64,000 nucleotides of DNA from Lophium mytilinum (lineage: Eukaryota). A program made the position numbers and the translations under genes. This document shows positions 37,101 through 49,132 of the stretch, piece by piece. Positions within the stretch are counted from its first letter, which is position 1, and each line of letters opens with the position of its first letter. The notes below the pieces were generated by a model, which was not told the DNA's origin, ran no database searches, and saw only the letters and a list, made by a program, of their open reading frames with translations. The stretch spans positions 186,001 through 250,000 of the forward strand of contig MU004187.1 in the NCBI GenBank assembly GCA_010093605.1. Direction: 5' to 3'.

Positions 37101-37843
37101 GCACCGTCGCCGAGTTGCGCCGCATGAATTCGGACGCGGAGAGGGGCGGTCGTGGGGAACGGCGGTACCTACGCTTAGGGCGCGAGGCGAGTCTCCCGGG
37201 TTTGAGCGCGGTTGGCGATGATAGTCTATGGGATGATAGTGTGCTGGAGGCAGAAAGGCAAATGTCAGACGTGCATGAAAACTGGGAAGACGCGATCATC
37301 ACTGAAGAAGCAGATACTGAGACTGGTGGCGAGGGTGACCAGACTTTCATTGATATCGGGGACTCGAAAGGCGATGTCCAAGCCAACGGAATGATCAACG
37401 GTCTTCCAGAACCTGACTTTGATCTTGATGCTAGTATTCTCTCGAAGTCATTCTACGGCAACGACGCCCAGGAAAATCGGTCTAGCTCCGTTTGGGAAGA
37501 CGGCGAGCGCTTCTGGCACTCAACGCCACCGCGCCCACGCGAGGCGCAGACTCCTACCCCGTCGCCATCGCCGGTAGCGAAGCCGGAACCACTTCGAGTA
37601 AACGTAACCCAGAAGCGTGCGAGTAGGAAGTCGTTTGTTGTAAGGCCTGACGATGGGGATACTGATGCTGGCGCCGATGCCGGGGTCACTGGTGGAAGCA
37701 AGAAGAGGGTGTGTAGAGTGAGGGGAAGTGCCAACGAAGTAAACGCGTCGAATGGGTTCGCCAGGGTGAGTATACAGATCCAGCCGCCGAGTGAGAGGGG
37801 GACGCCGGGGAGTTTGTATGATGCGCAGGGGTTTTTGAGGTAG
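34124..37843 (+). CDS. Large low-complexity protein with N-terminal TM helix (hypothetical)
   Basis: 1239-aa intronless ORF. TM at residues ~20-45; motifs NGNPFQWD, GHRRQNCVRIS and TPGSLYDAQGFL. Confidence 0.8.
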   Translation: MAPLDIRDPFGGHRELGTGALIGILTGVGLAILGLLVGLTWLLVRAVKTHKRLLADLEQRGVNIARPRMAESSHTLITRPRAVLRRNSFLPFNSQSGWGALPSHETIPNPVPPPPLPPQSVTTLRSTNHDKRVSRLSWPFPGRRKSGRALQLKRIRVAPLSAIVESPKASPLVPILNGPIQGRSSASVGTKSRPSSDQSLLKHHPALRSNWEGNYAGASYHKDDSNSQATDPQAITLAKRYGPNRSKSVAAIPVNDSSNPPTSFDRPRLHQRSMSLGSQASGLAPDAPMPPLPLEVARIRSEAKRKSLLARSPSRFSVSSFESAGSSILATQSSPIVKQNNLHLQKVTKRHSVCLGPRPPRDTLTLHGRSPRFSQSSIKSNVAHYSVTTTPSSKRHSTASNKRHSVVEGMTSRENSGNLRTIANSRSSDSARWKRASLASPASSTLTVRSMTTPRRHSGITVTAFGSPQERRKTSALRDVSGNQGPPTRQLSQASTQASSTRSSNGNPFQWDPAPLLSGKPSALKGSPSARKGHRRQNCVRISLAPTILGPPCRSPSPCPLIMNDIQEESPDTSQKAAPHSVGIGFSNTRSLPRPPSASVFAPDLKLNPSFRTSLTPSSPTLSLTTYRMQIAESPHLDQYKNHWNSTRDSSRLSTGSISSIPAFPSPCHDIGSIRSIAEPPPTFAFSRPSNEYVQEIRMPDSPVAPSSAFDSAIPDSTSLQRMPEQVEKYNPDAPHLGFSKAAISSPTQFYSLFTPASDDHFSSLCSGKKRGRTPSDSPPCSPKTVRPHAFLPISATRPPVVLDSAEQPSLGDGLLLDTIDPALLSRDIFTSPASGISRSLLNSPNCNTTHSARGWDQSPVSTILDPLLENAFLSQPRTWSTPPKLAPLTYVRSHARSQSALQPPAFRPQSPLNFNLNLSLDHPAASSNEAPESPTSAYSSPSATAPSSPRPAHASLPGALPSKPTRLSQTTIPTLSPTPMGPRASPPKNLRRTVAELRRMNSDAERGGRGERRYLRLGREASLPGLSAVGDDSLWDDSVLEAERQMSDVHENWEDAIITEEADTETGGEGDQTFIDIGDSKGDVQANGMINGLPEPDFDLDASILSKSFYGNDAQENRSSSVWEDGERFWHSTPPRPREAQTPTPSPSPVAKPEPLRVNVTQKRASRKSFVVRPDDGDTDAGADAGVTGGSKKRVCRVRGSANEVNASNGFARVSIQIQPPSERGTPGSLYDAQGFLR

Positions 37844-38441
37844 TCGAAGGGAATATGGTCGCTGATAGGGGGTGTGTTCATCACAGTCATTTAGTTTTTC
37901 CTCAGTCGCTTAATCGTAATGCCTTGGTCTTAAGACAATTTTTGGCAAAGTGACTTGGTTACTGGCCTTGTTTCCTTTGTTGGTTTAGATAGCGCGTGCC
38001 TAGCCAACGCTCAGAGCCCTCATCCATGTGAAGGGTTGAGGGCACCAGAATGATCATAGGCCCGCATCACATACCTGACTAGCATCTTAGGAAATTTTAG
38101 TTCATCTACGTCTTTCCATCCACCCAAGTTCACCATCCTGAACGAAATAGATATACAAGAGTCAAGGTATACCCATGACTGTTCAGTGCTATGTACACCC
38201 CTCGCTCGGCGGCAAACTCCTATCACACACCTATGCCGTTCTCTATAGTATTATCAAAGATCGACATCTGGAGTTGCAACCCCTTATCAAGTCAGCCGCT
38301 TTCTTGAAATGCCACCCACAAGAATTGAGACACATCATGGTATGTCCGAATACCGTCTCTGTAAGTCCGGTTGTTTAAGTTTCGCAAAAAGTTCATTCCC
38401 TGCTTACCATGATTTCGCAAGAGAGCGATTCATTGAGCACT

Positions 38442-40580
38442 CTAGAGCTCCTCTTCCATATCATATAGATTTGAGGATCCAAAATCACCCAGATCATTGA
38501 AGATGGAGTAGTCTGGAGCCGCCGTAGGTTCCCTGAGAAACTCATTCCAGAAATCCGGATTTACCCCTGCGGAAGTTTCAGGAAGGTAGGCGTTATCCTG
38601 GATCTCATCGGAGGGAGCTACGCTGTTCTCGGGAAACCAAATGTAGTCAACACACCCAGGAGGAGTATCCCATCCAGCGGCTTCGCTAGTATTGGCCACT
38701 GGGTCAACGGGATGAGCAATGACTGGAGAATATGGTTGGTTTAGGCCTAATGCTGGCTGAATGTTGGTTGTCTGAATGCTCGCTGGCTGAATGTTGGTTG
38801 CTTGAATGCTCGCCGGCTGAATATTTGCGAGATAAGTGAGGGGAGACACAGCTGGAGCAGCCGATTGGTGCTGGGCCTTCCCATGTGGAATGTTACGAGT
38901 TGCCGACGGTGAATCAATGTCGATAGGCGAGTCCCGACGAAGGATTGGTGCATTGCCTATGCTCACATCGTTCTCGAAGGGTGTAGATGATTGAGGATGC
39001 AACTTCTTCGCCCTCGGTTTCGGCGGCGGCTCTGAGGCCTTCTGCGTCTGCGGAGCAAGAATGGTAGGTGTTGCAAGGTTTTCCTCAGCCTGTGCGTTCA
39101 TTCCAACTGGCTGGGCTGCGATTGTTGGTATGATTGTTGCCACCGAGTTTCCGAAATGGTCCACATTGTGGGTTGATGTGACTATCGAAGCTGCACCAGA
39201 GCCAAGTCCATTTCGTGGGACCAGTTGCAGCGTCGGATTGTTTGTATTGGGATGAACCAGTGGTGCTGCAGTTTGCAGGGGAGGTAACATTGTAGACTGT
39301 GCCTGTGTGGGATGTCCTATGTATGCTGCAAATGAGCGAATCCCAAGAGCTGCAGCTTCTCCATACTCTTGAGTCATATCAGGCTCAACATAAGTTTGAC
39401 GCGGTTTATCCTCCTTGGGCGCCTTGCGATTGTTGTTGTTTTTTCGATTGCTTTCTTTGCGGCGGCGCCATTCGATTGGTGTATTGACAAACTGCTTGAT
39501 CACTTTATCGCCGGTGTCTCCCTTAAGAACATCCTCGCAGACCATCTTTTCCTTCTTCAGCGCGTAGTATATTTACAAGACTCGGTCTGCACAGGATAAT
39601 TCTCGGTCCGGCTTACTGCCTAATCTGGAGGTCCCGCACGGTTTGTCCAATGTCAGGTCAAGGGTCTTGTCAGCGAGAAAGAATCCCTCTTTACAGAGAG
39701 TCAACATCTCTTCGACAAGCTCGTGACACGCAAGCTGAAGTTCCTCTACAGTAAAGTAAGGTTTCTGGACGAAATGTTCGCGGCCCTTGCTGGTGGGATT
39801 GTCCTTAACATCCGATTGATCAGTCATACCCTGGTAGAAGAGGTTGACGATCTTCAATCTATCTGCTTCTATCTCAACGATTGTCGGATCATCTGTACAA
39901 GGTATCCACGGTAGTCTGCAAATATTATCTCGACGCCATCTCCGAGCCTCGTCGAGATCCGCGAAACGGTTGGCAAAAGGAGGGAAAACGCTTGCCGCAG
40001 TTTTAGAAGCTAGGGTAGTTAGAGAGATTGGTGCGTGCTGGATAGCTGGGTCGGTGTGAGCGGCAGGGTCTGTCCGGGAACTTGCGGTGGTTTGGAACGT
40101 TCCGGTCGGTATGGCTCCCTGGACCTCCGTCGAGTCGAGTCCATGATGCATAGACGCAACCATATTTGAGTTTGTGGCGGTATGGGACGAGGCTGCTGTA
40201 TTCAGCATTTGACTCGGTCCAAGGCGCTGGGTGTGCAGATAGCCAGGATCCATCTGCTCATGGTAAACCTGAGACTGATCTTTCAATTCTGTTCGGTACC
40301 CTGTCCGTCCTTCCTCGTGCTCGTCTACTTCATTCTCGTTCGTAGAATGAGCCGATGAGAATCTGGTGTTATATAGCTGTGAGATGTTTTTTTCGATCGG
40401 CTCCGCCTGGGTAGCGTGCGCCCTGATTGAGGTCGGAATGTTGATCGATATTGCTTGGAGGGCTCTCCCTTGGGACGGTATTTCCATCCTCGTACCCTGG
40501 TCACTAAGTCGGGACTTTTTGCGAACTTGCTCGCTGGGAAGCAATTCCTCGACCTCTCCAAAGCTGCGCTTAGGCGCCAT
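38442..40580 (-). pseudogene. Uncharacterised family protein, paralog B: no coding introns, in-frame TAA at 39573-39575
   Basis: ORFs 39573-40580 and 38442-39545 are in one frame, reading ADRVL*IYYALKKEKMVC, which aligns with A (MRMIKICYALK|HEKTIC). Confidence 0.8.
38749..38823. repeat. 30-bp coding tandem repeat (NIQPASIQAT) x2.5 in paralog B
   Basis: Read directly. Confidence 0.85.
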
Positions 40581-42859
40581 GGCGTCGGTCTGCTAACATC
40601 TAACATCTCAGGTTAGAATATGATGAGGAGGTGGTGTGAATATAATTGGGGTTAAGACAAAAGGGTATATCGGGTCCAAAAGAGAACAGGAAGCTCTGAG
40701 TGGTGTAGGGAAAGAGTGAAGATGTGCCCGAGCTTCGAAACAAGTGGAGCAACTTACCAAGAGGGACTGATCTGTTTTAGGCGCTGGAATCTATGAGAGC
40801 GAGCGTAACGAGTCTTGAAGAGATTGGTTGTGGTGTTGGTGGAAGAGCTTGGTGTGAAGAGTTTGGTGGGGGGGTTGGTGGGAGGAGGTTGATGGGAAGG
40901 TTACGCGTAGGAGTTGGTGATCCTTTTATAGTTCAAGTGCAGGCCGCATAAATATCATCTATTAGTGAATCGAAGTAGGCTGAAGGGCACTGGCGTGCGC
41001 GACTGATGCTTCTCTGAGCATTCACGTCCTCGATTCTTCGGGATATATAAAGAGCTTGATTCCATTGTATTCCACAGTATCACTCTATGCTGTCATCCAC
41101 TTACCAACTTCAACGAGTCAGAGAAACTGGCTCGGTCAATTTGCTAGGATCAACCAACTAATGGAAGCTGGTTTCAAGTTGGGTCGATCAACTTAAAAAC
41201 ATCTCACAGCTAATGGAAATCGGTTTGCGTCTTTGTTTCCAAGTATTTGAGGATAAGTATGAGAGTTCAATGTGCCAAATGATGTTGATGATCATCATTT
41301 GGAAAAGACGAGCAGCACCAACTAAGAGAGATGAAGAAGAGAATCTTCGAACATGGCGATGAAGTATCCTGAGCTTCGAAACAATCAATACCGCAAACTT
41401 CGATAGATAATCAGCTAGATCCTATTGAATGGAATCTTAATGCATTGCATCACCCTCTGACCCTCTTGAAGTGATTTTTTCCCTTGTGTAGTTGGAGCAT
41501 TAGGCGGCGTTGCTGGATCGAGGGAATCGCAGCCGAGAGGCCGCCGAAAGAGTGAAGGAGATCGATGAGAAAGCAAGCTCAAAGGCCAGGCTGAGCGCCT
41601 CTAAAGGAAATAAAGCTGACTCTTCTATAGATTTGCTGGTTGGTTGCTGTTTGACTGCTGCATCTAGACGTATAGCTTCGAGGAAGATAAGAAATTTCGC
41701 GTCTCCCCTTTGCCTGTTTGTCCTCCAACGAGGTAGCTTCTCTAACTAGATTCAACTGAAATCAAGCCATTGCCTGAAGGAACTATCAAGATCTTGAAGC
41801 ATTAAGATAGCGATAAATTCTATGAGTATCAGCACGTCGTCAATGAAACCAATTCGATGCCCAACTGCTGATTCCTTAAGATGTTAACACCTCTTTTCAG
41901 CGGCCACTTTCAATCCCGCTGAAAAGATCTGCTGAAAGTGATACTTGAAGCCCACAATGTTTGATCAGGTGACGAAGAGTTTGCACGACAGCTGACAAGT
42001 CTATGTGGGGACAAGCTGACGCGCTCTCTGCTTGCATCTCTCAAACGCATCTCATCTCAAGTTTCGGCCCCTATGGAGCTGCTAAAGTGTAGCTTTCCGA
42101 CGCGTATCTTTGCGCCTTGTATCCGTATTCTAGGGCGAAGTGCCGCCTTTGACGCGTCGCAAGATGCTTGCAATACTAGAGGAGGGTCTCGCAATACCTT
42201 GGCGCTGTCCTTCCTGACTGGGCTATGAGAGAAGCAAATGAAGTGTTTAAAAGTCAGCGTGTTTTAGATGGAGAGTGCTGAGAGAGTGAGCAAGTGCTTA
42301 GTGCGGAGATGTTGAGCACGGACCAGATAGCTCCCCTCTGCCTTCAGGGGCCTCGACATCAACACGATCTTTACAGCCATGACGTAGTAGTGCTCCGCCA
42401 TAACCTGAGAATTAAAGTATTAACATGAGGGTTTTTCCTAGTTCTAATCTAAGCTAAGAGGATTTCCGGGAGGTCTCCGTATCTGAGTATACAATATAGA
42501 CATAGACCAGGAGACATCGCCATGTCCTTTTCCAGGGTTTTTAAACAACAATTAAAGAATCACACGCATCGGCACACGTTATTGTAAGCAAAAGAGAGAT
42601 GCAACACGCATGCAACAAAAATCAACAAGAGCCATCCAAGCACCGCAGCTGTAAACTTGCCCAGCTTCTCCAAAGTCTACAACTCTTCGAAAAGGGAATC
42701 GATGTCCTCTTGGCTCATCACCCTAAATTCCAAAGCACCTTGGGACTGTCCGTCAGAACCCGAGAGCACCTCAGTTTCGAGGATCTCTGACGATGGCTCG
42801 ACAGTCAAAGAAGTTTCATGGGTTGAAATCGACTCTGCGTCTCCCAGCCAGTCATTTTG

Positions 42860-44845
42860 CTAGAATTGGGCATTCCCTGAGAGCCCAGCGTTGTCCCAAA
42901 TTTGGAGTGGGGTGAATTGCGTCCCATAAATCGAAGACGGATCGAAAGACGCCTGTTCCGTTTGAGGTAGTAGTTCAGGGAGTGCATTATATCCAGTCGT
43001 GCCGTCCGAAACTGGGGTTAAATTATCTAGCATTGGTCGCGTGGAAGGGCTCAGAGTGAAGTCCGAATCTAGCTCTTCAGCGAATTGGCCCATCCTTGGA
43101 AGGATCATTTCTGGTGTGGTCGTGCCCGAGGTAGTCGGAACCTCGTTGAAGACGGTTTGAACAGATCGGGCTACCGGTTGTCGGACACCTAGAATGTGAC
43201 TGCTCGATGAAGCGATGGGACTCGGGGACATTGGTGGCAACATGGTTTGCTCCGCACGCTTCCTAGGTTGCTTCGGTTGCGTGGTTGGCCTTCTAGCCTT
43301 GCCCTTCTTTGGATGCATAGATGGGGTTACGCCTGCGGCTGATGGTGGGGCATTTGCTGGGCCCAGCACCGGTTGCGCACCAAAGCTTGGAACAATGTGC
43401 GATGTGTTCATCTGGGGGCTGGGGATTTCAGTATCTGCATCGCCCCCGGGGGTCGCCACTTCGGGCGTGGCCAATGAAGCATCTGGGTGTCCTGCGGAAG
43501 CGTCTATTTCCACACGAGGGCGATATGCATCGGGAACTTCAACCCCCAGGACTAGAAGGTTCCGGTAGGCTAGAGGTATATATATTCCTAGTGCAGCCGC
43601 TGCGAGAGCCACATCGTTAAGCGGAGGCTCCGCTTTTGGTGGCGAATGCGGTATGACGGACGGGTTTGGGAGTACCACTTCCGTCTTGCCCGCGTTCCTT
43701 TGCCTGCCCTTCTCACCCCTTCGCCAGTTTTGGAGGCGGAACTTCTCTTTGTCCTATTGTAGATGTCAACTCATTTTCTTTAAACATGAACGAGGAGATT
43801 TCCGGAACTGACTCACCCGGCGACGAGCTATCGGAGCATTTACGAGTCTCTTCACATTGATATCTCCGCAAACAGCGATCAGGACCTCATCACAGAGGGT
43901 TTTCTCGTGCTAAACACAATATGGGTTAGTATGGAAGAAATAGAAAGACCGTGGCTGCACGTACCTTGAGAGCGTAACAGATTTTCAGTAAGCGCATAAA
44001 GCAAGTGAGTTCGTTGTCTTTGAACTTCTTGACATCGCCAATTAGGCTCTCGTGTAGGCGACAACCTGTCTCGCACACCTCCAATGCTTCAAACTGTGTC
44101 CGCATTAGCTCTGACTCTTTAAGTCAGGGATTCAGAGAAGACCCACTAAGATTTCAATGGACGCGCCCTCAATGTCTTTTGTTGAATACTGCTGCATGAT
44201 GACCATGCGCTTGTATCCCTCGCTGGTGACGGTATCTCTCACAGCAGACAGATCGGTGATATGATTGTAGATAAGTCTGACCCATGCTTCCATTTGGCCG
44301 CGGGCCTGATTGATAGTTACATCCGTTTCAGGTTTCAGGTATGGCTGCTGTCTCCTACTGTCCGCGCGCCAATCGAGACCTAGGCCAAAATCTTTGAAGT
44401 GACCTTGAAAGCCCGGATAGCCTGCTGGTGTTGAGGTTGGGATGGTGGCTACTGTCTCCTCTGGTTCATTTTCTACAACGTAGGGCTGGTGTTGGCGTGC
44501 TCCAAGAAGCTGAGCTTCATCTTGGATCGTCTGCTGGTGTGAGCCGGTCCAACCTCCCTCTACAGTTGCTGTCGTCGGCACTGTAGACGCGAAGCTGGAG
44601 AGTAAATATTCGCTGGCATTTGAGTATCTAGTGTCGGGGGATATAGAACGCTGTGGAGCGCCGTGTGGTCCTTCATGAGTATTGACACGCGGCCCTCCTG
44701 AACTATTCACTGGTAGATCCTGCAAAGCTCGAAAGGAGTTTTGATTGCTGCCATTCATCTGTTGTGGCGCGGACAGAAGTATCTTTTTCCGTTGTGGCTC
44801 TGTGCTCGTCTCGTTCTCGTTACCATTCAGCTTTCGCTTCAGCAT
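42860..44845 (-). CDS. Uncharacterised family protein, paralog C (4 exons)
   Basis: Removing introns 44094-44146, 43910-43964 and 43754-43816 gives a continuous frame containing ELTCFMRLLKICYALK|HEKTLCDEVL..LVNAPI. Confidence 0.85.
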
Positions 44846-46487
44846 GCTGTCGAGTAGGAGAAAAGAGAGCGGAAGTCCCTGGCCGGAGCGTTCGCGGTCT
44901 GGTCGAAGTTAAGAATTGGTGCCTTGACAAGTAATAGTGTTGAGTTCGGGCGGTGGTGGAAATGAATGTGTGTATGTGGTGGAGATGGTAGTGAAGCAAG
45001 GTAGAAACAGAGCTAGCTTTAAAAGGGCGCATGAAAGGGCATAGGTAGTGAATGTGGAGTGGAGATACAATTCAGGGAATCGTGAAGATGTTACTTACTG
45101 CCTTGGCACTGGCTGGTGGATGTGAATTGGAGGATTGGTGGTATTGACGGTCGAGGAAGGCTTTGCATGCAAGCGGGTAGTGAAAGCTCATCCTAATAAC
45201 GACCTACACGTGACCGGCATGATGGACGTGAATGTACCCCTCTGGACGCAACAACTTGACACAGCTTCAACACAGAGCGACCATGAAGAGCGCCGATTCA
45301 AGGGCGACTCGATCGAACCCCTAATACTAGGTCCTAATGGAATTGGTGGAGGAGGGGTCATTCCAATCGACAGCCCCAAACGCTCATATCGTTTCGAAGT
45401 CGGGCGAAAATCATCCAACATCGTCACACCATGAAGGTAGAGGTGTAGCAGGACGGGATAACGTTTAATCATGAGCATCATCATTAGCGGCTTAATATAG
45501 TGGACTGAACAGTCGATGTTGGAGCATCGATATACTCCTTGTAATCGTACCGCTGAAAAAAATCATCGCCATATATTTGCATCGTAAAAGTGTCGAAGGA
45601 TGTTGAACGCAGGCCGTAGTGTCTATCATTAGATGGAAAACAAGCTAATATACAGGAATGCACCCAGGTTTGCTACCGCATCGATTGCCGTAGGTTATTG
45701 TCATAATCTAACAAAGGTTATGCCATCTGGCAGAAAATTGGCTGAAGGGTCCCTAGTTGTGGGATATTATTGTCTCGTTAGCAGATGGGACGTAGAACAA
45801 AGCTGGAGCACTCACGTCAACAATAGGCTTCAAGGACGACGTGAACGGCGGGTAAGGGGTTTCTATGATGGTACAGCGCAATTCACTCGGACTACTTCCT
45901 CGCTTGGGGCGCATATGCAGCCGGTCGAGCTAGCTCACGTCAATGGAAATTGAATCCGCATGATGTTGAGAATCCGAGGGCTTGAACCCGACGATGATGG
46001 GTTCTATGTTCGATAGAATAGTCTGTGTCCCCGGCATGATCCCAAGTGCAGGTGGTCATGGCTTGAAGCCGACTTAGTCAGCTAGCACCCTGGACCTCAC
46101 CCTCATCTCACGTTCAGGTCTACCGTCTTTCCTATCACAAACTGATAAAGAGTTGTTGAAAAGATATCATATCTTCAATGTGAGGATTCTATGAGTAGCC
46201 CCGGAAAATGGCCTGAAATTTGAGGCATTTTGATGCAAGTTGGCGAATCTGGACTGCCGTATCGATGATGACGCGTCTTACGCGGCCGCCGCAAGCCACT
46301 TCCCTTTTAAAGACCAGGGTCCAGCCCAAGAAGCTATCTACATAACAAGCACCTCATTAAATTTCCTCGAGTTCCTTCCGAGCTCTCGAAGCACCTTGAA
46401 AGGCAGGTGTTGCTTTCGGTGATTTCCTTCGTTCTAGCCTTGCGCGCCAACCTTCCCTGTCGCTCCCTATCTCTTATCATCAGCCTA

Positions 46488-47906
46488 ATGAGCCCTTCGA
46501 AGTTGTTCAGTGACCATGACCGGGATGGGGTAGTGTCTGAGCTAGAACTAGAATCTCTGCTTTTAGATGAAAGGCTTGGTGAGCGGGATGTCGGCACAAG
46601 CTCTCATATCCGCTCTAATTTCCGTCGAACGAAACGAGCTCGTAATTGGGGCCGGAAACTACGGATGCCCGTGGCACGGAAGAGCATCGGTGTATCGATA
46701 TGTCCAACCGCAGGGAGGCAGAACTGTACTAGAAGAGGGCTGAGATACCTGATCTTCATGCTTGCAGTTGCTGCTGGAACCTATGTGGGCCTGTAAGTGT
46801 GCCTCGTGCTCTGAAATATCTAGATAACTCACATTTTATAGTTTCATATTTACCGTCCTCCCATGGCTCCCACCAGACCCATTCGACGACGCGTTTGCAC
46901 ATTTCCGCCATCACTCCGATCCGATTTCCGTCGACTCTCCCTACTATCCTACGCACTTTATCCAAAGTGTACTGCCTGTGGTAGGTGTGTTTATTCAGTT
47001 CTTCTTCAATCGAGCTAATTATCATAGCCGTGTCACTCACACAATGACTATTGGCGCCGAACACCACTCTATGCAGCCCTAGGTTCTGGTTGCATAAGCG
47101 TCGAGGCCGATGTATGGCTTTTTGAGAATGACCAACGAGAGCCAGAGTTGTTCGTAGGACACACTACTTCCACATTGAGTGATAACGCGACTCTCCGAAC
47201 CATGTACATCGATCCGCTGGTCAACATCATAGAACGTATGAATGCGCCCAGCACGATCGCGGGACCAAGCGCCATCTCTCACGGCGTCTTCTACCAAGAC
47301 CCAGGCCAAGCTTTGACTCTTCTGATCGACTTCAAGACTGACGGAGTCAACACCTTCGCTCAAGTCCAAGAGCAGCTAGTCCCTCTTCGAGATCGAGGCT
47401 GGCTCACCACTTGGAATGGCACCGCCCGAACCCACGGATTAGTCACTATCGTGGCTACCGGGAACGCTCCTTTCGACCTGCTTACTGCAAACAGAACCTA
47501 TCGAGATATCTTCTACGACGCTCCTCTCGACGCGCTCGAAGATGCCTCTGATCGCGAACCACAGCCTGGGGATCCGCATGGCTTCTCGCCATACGGGTTC
47601 AAGTACAACCCTTCAAACTCGCATCTAGCGTCCGCGCCTTTCATACGCGCTCTTGGTGTCAACAAGGTTACCTTCTCGGCCCCACACATCTGGGGCCCTG
47701 CACTTTCCGAAGCGCAAGCTCTTATAATACGCCAGCAAATATCGAATGCCCGCGCCCGGGGTCTAGTTCCTCGGTATTGGGGCACACCACGGTGGCCGCG
47801 TGCCCTGCGAGACAGAGTTTGGGAAGTATTGTATGACGAGGGAATAGGACTGTTGAATGTGGATGACCTGAGGGCAGCGCGAAAGGGACATTGGGGTAGT
47901 AGGTAA
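46488..47906 (+). CDS. AIM6-like PLC-like phosphodiesterase-fold protein, multi-exon
   Basis: N-terminal TM; CHSHNDYWRRTPLYAALGSGCISVEADVW, LFVGH, LLIDFK, RYWGTP and LNVDDL motifs. Confidence 0.85.
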
Positions 47907-49132
47907 TGTGAAGGGAATTGAATCTATGGTACAATGGAAATTCGAGTCTACGACGAAGCGCTCTTAACACTTGTGCATTTGTGATTGCAAATAATACGTC
48001 AACCGCTGAAATGCTTGTAAAACGTAGGATATGAGCAAACAGCGGGAGGGGGAGACATCTTAGCAACATGCCTGACGTGCGGAAGAGAATTCAGAGGGAG
48101 ATGGAAGGGTACATTTTGTAACGCTAATTAGACACGACTCTAAGGCTCAGTTCGGATTTGGCTTGCGTTGGCGGCGTCTTGTTTTCCAAGGTTGTTATGA
48201 GGTCAACTTAGCTGCGCCATTTCTAAGACGTTATTCTATGTGAAGATAGATGGGCCTCAAGCAGACTCAGCCTTAGGATGTTGGAAATCCTAATTCGTAT
48301 TTCCAAGTCTTAAAAAGGAGCCCAACGAGTATTTTAGCGGTCGTGGAAAACCCTCCGAGAGTCTCAAAGCGGTGCCTACATGGAGCAAACCACTCGCCTC
48401 TTTTCGTGCTCTCTTCAAGCATTTCCTATGCATCTCTCGATCTGCGTTCCCCCCCTAGTAAGCATACAAAGAAATATAAGGAGGTGAAAGATCTTAGATA
48501 AGTTGGTGGAGACAGTCTAATTGAACTCGAGGAGCAGTGAGGCGAAGTCCACTAACTCAAGGGTGGATCTGGGCTTGGTATATTGCCCAGATCAGGTAAG
48601 TCCGAGAAGGACCGAAGACAAAACCATTGAACACAGGGAGTATACCTTGGCAAGCAGCTTGGCATAATAGAAGATGACAAGAAAACAATCCGGCAAGTTC
48701 GTGTAAGACTATGTTACATTTGAGCACAACATTGAGGCTCTGAGCATTCATCTTAGAACCAATCACAGCTCGACCGCATCGGGAGAGCACCGGTGAGGCC
48801 GAAAAAGGTGAACTAGGACATAATTGGACTGAATTGATATTATGAGCGGTTTGAAGTAAATTCTTCGAAACGAAACCGATAACTCGTTAAGAGACGTTTC
48901 ATATAGCTAATTGATAGGTTCTCATAAAGCAAAGATGAGTTTCAAGGATGTCCCGTGGGGTGCAGGAGACTTCACTACCCCAGATTGTGGCGTTGGTGCC
49001 AAGCGAGCTGACCACGGGACCTCGGTTCCTTTCACATGCCATGATGCGTGCCGTCGGCCACGAGGTCTACAACACCGCAACCACCCTCCCTCTTCCTCTT
49101 ATTCTTCCTGTCCTGCTGGAAGATGCTGTATC

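Noticed and set aside
41300..42450. Possible gene or pseudogene between paralogs B and C
   Set aside because: Only short ORFs; no convincing splice model or homology.
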